In this document: positions 59,101 to 64,000 of the stretch, one piece after another | Layout: every line of letters begins with the position of its first letter | How positions within the stretch are numbered: position 1 is the stretch's first letter | Notes under the pieces: model-generated | Seen by the model: only the letters and a program-made list of their open reading frames with translations | What the model was told of the DNA's origin: nothing | Databases searched by the model: none | Translations under genes and position numbers: made by a program | DNA from: a bacterium | GTDB taxonomy: Bacteria; Zixibacteria; MSB-5A5; GN15; FEB-12 | Reading direction: 5' to 3' | NCBI GenBank assembly: GCA_043811375.1 | Contig: JBDRNJ010000039.1 | Coordinates: 1 to 64,000, forward strand | Length of the DNA stretch: 64,000 nucleotides

Positions 59101-59613
59101 CTATTCGAACTCCATCAGCTTGTCGCCCTTTTCCACCGAATTGCCGTCGTGCACGTAAACCGTCTTGACTGTTGCCTCTGCGGGAGCCTTGATGATGTTC
59201 TCCATCTTCATCGCTTCCAGCACCAGCAGCGTCTGGCCCCGGCGGACTTTCTCTCCCGGCTTAACTTTCACCTGTACCACCAGACCGGGCATGGCCGCTG
59301 TCAGTTGTGGCGCCATCGCCGCCCGAGAGGACATCCCGGCTGTCTTGCGCAATTGAGCTAAATTGTAGTCTTCGATTTCAACCGGAATCTCCATCCCCTT
59401 CATGAAAACAACCTTGTGATTGTCATAACCGTTGGCGCGGACATCCACTTCATGCGACTTGTCGTCTATCAGCAATAGTGAGCGGCTTTCGCCCAGTCGA
59501 TGGCAAACGACGTCCGTCTTGTGTCCGTTGACATGCACAACGTAACTGCCGGCCCGACGCTCAAGCTTGATCTCGAACTCTTTGCCGTCGACTCTGACCA
59601 GGTAGTGCGCCAT
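59101..59613 (-). CDS. Biotin carboxyl carrier protein
   Basis: MPG, LEAMKMEN biotinyl-lysine motif. Confidence 0.93.
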   Translation of the reverse strand: MAHYLVRVDGKEFEIKLERRAGSYVVHVNGHKTDVVCHRLGESRSLLLIDDKSHEVDVRANGYDNHKVVFMKGMEIPVEIEDYNLAQLRKTAGMSSRAAMAPQLTAAMPGLVVQVKVKPGEKVRRGQTLLVLEAMKMENIIKAPAEATVKTVYVHDGNSVEKGDKLMEFE

Positions 59614-61146
59614 CAGCGACTCCCCGTAAACGTGCGCAGGTTTCTGCGGCGATGAAACGATCCCCATCCGGATAACGACTGCTCTCGGCGCTGAGACCCA
59701 ATCGCGATCTTCCGTTCCCTGGTAAATGTATCGAGCGCCACCACGATGGCGGCATCCCGGCGCAGGCCGTCATCAAGCACCCGGTAGTTGTGATCGGGAT
59801 ATTCTTCCTGCAGAAATTTAGTCGACATTTCACCCGCCCTGAACCGGTCGTTGTCCAGCACCACCCGGTGGAAACCGATCGTCGTCTTAACGCCGGACAC
59901 ACGGTATTCTTCCAGGGCACGTTGTGCCCGGTTGATCGCTTCGTCACGGTCCTGGCCCCAGACGACCAGCTTGGCAATGATAGGATCATAGTAGACGGGA
60001 ATCTCGGAGTATATCACCACACCCGAATCTACCCGCACTCCCGGCCCGGCCGGAAGCCTATAATTCTTAAGGGTGCCGGTTGAGGGCATAAATCCCGCCT
60101 GCGGATCTTCGGCATAGATACGGCACTCAATGGCATGTCCCGACAGCGCTATATCGTCCTGAGAAAAGGGCAACTTACCGGCGACGGCGATATTGATTTG
60201 TTCTTTCACCAAATCTAATCCGGTGACCATCTCCGTTACCGGGTGTTCCACCTGCAGGCGTGTGTTGACTTCCAGAAAGTAAAACGAACGATCTTCGTCG
60301 ACGAGAAACTCAACCGTTCCGGCGCCGACATAGCCGCTCTCTTTAGCTACCCGCACCGCCGCGGCCCCCCATCTCACGGCGCATCTCCTCGGTCACGATC
60401 GGTGATGGTGACTCCTCGATCACTTTTTGATGTCGACGCTGGATGGAACATTCACGCTCACCGAGATGAACGCAGTTGCCGTGCTGATCGCACAATATCT
60501 GTATTTCGATGTGACGCGGACGGGCCAGGTATTTTTCCAGGTAGACGCGACCATCACCAAAAGCCGAAGCCGCCTCGCGTCCGGCAGTTTCCAGCGCCTC
60601 GGCCAATTCATCGGCGGACTCGACCACCCGCATCCCTTTGCCACCCCCCCCGGCGGCCGCTTTCACCAGCACCGGATAACCCACAGCGTGGGCTTTATTG
60701 AGTACAATGTCTATTCCTTCACCAGGGCTGAGTTCAGCCCCGGGTGTGACAGATAAACCTGCTTTGAGCGCCGTTTCCCGTGCTTTGAGTTTGTCACCGA
60801 GCAGACGAATTGTGTCCGCTGTCGGTCCGATGAATATTATCCCCTCATCGACGCAACGTTGTGCGAACTCGGCATTCTCAGCCAGGAAACCATAGCCGGG
60901 GTGAATAGCATCAGCGCCGGATTTCCTGGCGGTATTGATTATCTTGTCATGGACCAGGTAGCTTTCGGTCGACGGCGACCGGCCGATGTGATACGCTTCG
61001 TCAGCCATGCGGACATGGTAGGCGGTACGGTCGCAATCGGAGAAAACGGCCACCGAGGTAATCCCCATTTCACGGCAGGCACGCATCACCCGCACGGCGA
61101 TTTCGCCCCGATTGGCAATGAGGATTTTGTTTAATTTAGCAGCCAT
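59613..61146 (-). pseudogene. accC: Biotin carboxylase subunit (acyl-CoA carboxylase), split by +1 G in a homopolymer
   Basis: [40 protein letters not shown] in the first frame; FLEVNTRLQVEH, YYDPIIAK in the second; G6 at 60365-60370 where G5 restores the frame. Confidence 0.85.
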
Positions 61147-61202
61147 ATCACACGCAATTGCCGTCGTATCCAAGTGCTGTCATGCGCCCAACACTACTAT
61201 AT

Positions 61203-62753
61203 CTACAACGGTATATTCCCATGTTTCTTGGGTGGATTGTTGTCCTTTTTCGTTTCCAGCATCTCAAAAGCGCGAATCAAACGGGGCCTTGTTGTTTTCG
61301 GCTCGATGACGTCATCGACATATCCACGCGCTGCTGCCGAGAACGGGTTGGCAAATCGCGCTCGGTAATCTTCAGTCTTATGCTGGAGTTCGGCCTTGGG
61401 ATCATCGGCGGCAGCGATGTCGTGTTTGAAAATGATTTCCGCCGCCCCCTGCGGTCCCATCACGGCGATCTCGGCCGTAGGCCAGGCATAGTTCATGTCG
61501 CCGCGCACGTGCTTGCTGTTCATAACATCGTAAGCGCCGCCGTAGGCTTTGCGGGTGATGACGGTCACTTTCGGCACCGTTGCTTCGCAGTAGGCATACA
61601 GCAGCTTGGCGCCTTCCTTGATTATACCCCCATGCTCCTGGTCGGTACCGGGCAGAAACCCGGGCACGTCTTCGAATGTCAGCAGCGGGATATTGAACGC
61701 GTCGCAGAAACGAATAAAGCGCGCACCTTTTTTTGACGAGTTTATATCCAGCACTCCCGCCAGCACCGCCGGCTGATTGGCAATGATGCCGATCGAGCGC
61801 CCGCCCAAATGCGCAAAACCGACTATGATATTTTGCGCAAACTCCTCGTGCACTTCCATGAACGAGCCGTTATCGATAACGCGGTTGATGGCATCTTTGA
61901 TATCATACGGCTGGTTGGGATTTTCCGGTACGACCTGGTTGAGCTGCTCGTCTTCACGGTCGAGCGGGTCGGTGCATTCCACCGAGGGCGGGTCCTCGCA
62001 GTTGTTCTGCGGGATGTATTGCAGCAGTCGTTTGAGCCGGGCGATGACGTCAGCTTCGTTCTCGCAGGCAAAATGCGCCACACCCGATTTTGTGGCATGA
62101 GTTACCGCGCCGCCCAGTTCCTCGGAGGAAACAACTTCGTGCGTGACCGTCTTGACGACGTTGGGGCCGGTCACAAACATGTATGACGTCCCTTTGGTCA
62201 TCAGGACAAAATCGGTTATGGCCGGGCTGTAGACCGCCCCGCCGGCGCACGGTCCGAGGATAGCCGATATCTGCGGCACCACCCCGGAAGCCAGAGTATT
62301 GCGCAGGAAGATGTCGGCATAGCCGCCCAGCGATACCACCCCTTCCTGGATACGCGCTCCACCGGAGTCGTTCAGGCCGATCACCGGCGCGCCGACTTTC
62401 ATTGCTATATCCATGATCTTGCAAATCTTCTCGGCGTGCGCCTCCGACAGCGAGCCGCCGAAGACAGTAAAGTCCTGCGAGAAGATGTAAACGAGTCGAC
62501 CGTTGATCCTGCCGCAGCCGGTGATGACACCGTCGCCGAGTATCTTGTTTTCGGCCAGACCGAAATCGGATGAACGGTGGGTGACGAACATATCAAACTC
62601 TTCAAACGAGTTGACATCCACCAACAGCTCAATCCGCTCGCGCGCGGTCAGTTTGCCTTTTTTGTGCTGGGCGTCGATACGTTTCTGGCCACCGCCAAGT
62701 TTGGCCTCGGCGCGCATCTGCTCCAGCTTGTTCAGTTTTTCTTCAAGCGACAT
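61203..62753 (-). CDS. pccB: Propionyl-/methylmalonyl-CoA carboxyltransferase beta subunit
   Basis: [49 protein letters not shown]. Confidence 0.95.
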   Translation of the reverse strand: MSLEEKLNKLEQMRAEAKLGGGQKRIDAQHKKGKLTARERIELLVDVNSFEEFDMFVTHRSSDFGLAENKILGDGVITGCGRINGRLVYIFSQDFTVFGGSLSEAHAEKICKIMDIAMKVGAPVIGLNDSGGARIQEGVVSLGGYADIFLRNTLASGVVPQISAILGPCAGGAVYSPAITDFVLMTKGTSYMFVTGPNVVKTVTHEVVSSEELGGAVTHATKSGVAHFACENEADVIARLKRLLQYIPQNNCEDPPSVECTDPLDREDEQLNQVVPENPNQPYDIKDAINRVIDNGSFMEVHEEFAQNIIVGFAHLGGRSIGIIANQPAVLAGVLDINSSKKGARFIRFCDAFNIPLLTFEDVPGFLPGTDQEHGGIIKEGAKLLYAYCEATVPKVTVITRKAYGGAYDVMNSKHVRGDMNYAWPTAEIAVMGPQGAAEIIFKHDIAAADDPKAELQHKTEDYRARFANPFSAAARGYVDDVIEPKTTRPRLIRAFEMLETKKDNNPPKKHGNIPL

Positions 62754-62770
62754 AATATCTCTTCAGTTTC

Positions 62771-62798
62771 GTGGGCGGCAGATGTCCACATCTGCCCC
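62771..62798. repeat. REP-like palindrome family B, copy 4 (inverted)
   Basis: Reverse complement GGGGCAGATGTGGACATCTGCCGCCCAC matches 9337-9364 with 1 mismatch. Confidence 0.8.
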
Positions 62799-62810
62799 AC
62801 ACCCATCTCC

Positions 62811-63665
62811 TTACGTGACACCGGACACCGTGATCTTTTTCTCCACCTCGTACACTGTCCCCAGCGGGATATCAATATCATGGTCAAACGCCATCACGAT
62901 GCCATCGCCGATTATCTGCGGCAGAGTCCGCCGCTTGACCTCCATTGAATCCAGCGGGAACAGATCAGCCGCTGGAATATACGGCACCTTCATGTGATGC
63001 GAGGTGCAGTAGATGTCGGCGTAGTACCACACCTGACGACCGCCGGATTCTATCTGCAGGGCAAAGTGCCCTTTCGTATGCCCGCCGGTATGAACCGCCC
63101 GTATACCGGCAAACAGTTCCGTGTCGGCGTCAATAAACTCCACCCGCCCGGCTTCGCGCAGAGCATGGTAACGCTCCGGGATATACACCGCTGCCGTCCG
63201 TTCATCCGGGTTGGTGGCGTCCTGCCATTCGTTATTTTCGATGAGGTACTTCGCGTTTGCAAAACGGGGCACATACTCACCGTCAACGAGTTTCACCGCC
63301 CCCCCGGCGTGATCGGTATGCAGGTGGGTCAGTATTACGTAGTCGATGTCGTCCGGTGTCAGGCCCAGCGACGATAACCCGGCTTCCATCCGCGAGACAC
63401 CATCGGTGCTATAGATTGTACATTCCTTCTCCGACAATGTGTCACCCAGACCGGCATCGAAAATCATATTCTTACCGTGCGCCCCGAGCACGAATATATT
63501 GGTCTGCATCGGAATGCGATTGTTCTCATCGGCCGGAAGTGTTTTCTGCCAGATGACTTTGGGTATCACGCCGAACATGGAGCCGCCGTCGAGTCGGAAT
63601 TTCTGCTCAACGAACGAGCGTATTTCAAAATCACCAAACTTCATCTGTGCCTGCTTATCTGCCAA
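62811..63665 (-). CDS. MBL-fold metallo-hydrolase (YtnP-like)
   Basis: LDGGSMFGVIPK, THLHTDHAGG, GGHTKGH, FDHD. Confidence 0.9.
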   Translation of the reverse strand: MADKQAQMKFGDFEIRSFVEQKFRLDGGSMFGVIPKVIWQKTLPADENNRIPMQTNIFVLGAHGKNMIFDAGLGDTLSEKECTIYSTDGVSRMEAGLSSLGLTPDDIDYVILTHLHTDHAGGAVKLVDGEYVPRFANAKYLIENNEWQDATNPDERTAAVYIPERYHALREAGRVEFIDADTELFAGIRAVHTGGHTKGHFALQIESGGRQVWYYADIYCTSHHMKVPYIPAADLFPLDSMEVKRRTLPQIIGDGIVMAFDHDIDIPLGTVYEVEKKITVSGVT

Positions 63666-63710
63666 CTCACCGTCATCATACCATCCGGCTCCGGAGCAGT
63701 CGTGCTGTTT

Positions 63711-64000
63711 TTAGCCGGATTCCTTCTTACCGATCGCCTCCCGGAGAAATGCAATCGCCGCCTCGGTCGGCGCACCGGGCGTGAAGATTTTGGCCACGCC
63801 CATCTTCTCCAGCTCCTCTTTGTCGTCGTCGGGGATAATCCCGCCGCCGAAGAGCATGATGTCGGTCGCCTCATTCTTTTTCAGCTCGTCGAGGATAGCC
63901 GGGAACAGCGTCATGTGCGCCCCCGACAGGATCGATACCCCGATAGCGTCGACATCTTCCTGGATAGCGGCGTTGACAATCATCGGCGGCGTCTGTCTCA
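63711..64000 (-). CDS. Cobalamin-binding small subunit of methylmalonyl-CoA mutase (5' end outside the window)
   Basis: RQTP, AIQEDVDAIGVSILSGAH, GGGIIP, IFTPG. Confidence 0.92.
   Translation of the reverse strand, partial: RQTPPMIVNAAIQEDVDAIGVSILSGAHMTLFPAILDELKKNEATDIMLFGGGIIPDDDKEELEKMGVAKIFTPGAPTEAAIAFLREAIGKKESG

Overview
Core chromosomal segment of a moderately GC-rich diderm bacterium. The C-terminal 'GD.D..G...V.DLTYLVAYLF.GG' dockerin-like modules suggest candidate phylum Zixibacteria or an FCB-group relative (inference only). The left end looks like the replication-origin region: mnmG-rsmG-parA-parB-M23-bactofilin, a perfect parS palindrome inside rsmG, and an AT-richer gap with DnaA-box-like 9-mers and DnaA-trio-like triplets. 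Housekeeping genes include MoxR/DUF58, a fungal-Lys4-like single-chain homoaconitase, recA, dnaE, rsgA, MlaD, GH57, pth-rpsF-rpsR-rplI with an S6:S18-type leader, lepB, a PilR-like activator with two type IV pilin paralogues, and a propionyl-CoA/methylmalonyl-CoA cluster. The best candidates for undescribed systems are three. (i) A compositionally distinct two-gene module, HD dNTP-triphosphohydrolase-like plus YwgA/Panacea-like (10985-12975), which may be a defence or toxin-antitoxin module. (ii) A secreted Gly-repeat fibre gene paired with a small 'TVGQ...GFW' + dockerin protein (19720-22362), which may be a surface-display system. (iii) A sigma54 pilin cassette bracketed by 32-bp inverted repeats. 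Two genes carry single frameshifts: the surface protein at 41592-41605 and the biotin carboxylase at 60365-60370. Many short REP-like palindromes fill intergenic gaps. No rRNA, tRNA, CRISPR array, transposase or reverse transcriptase was recognised. All calls are by eye; no searches were run.
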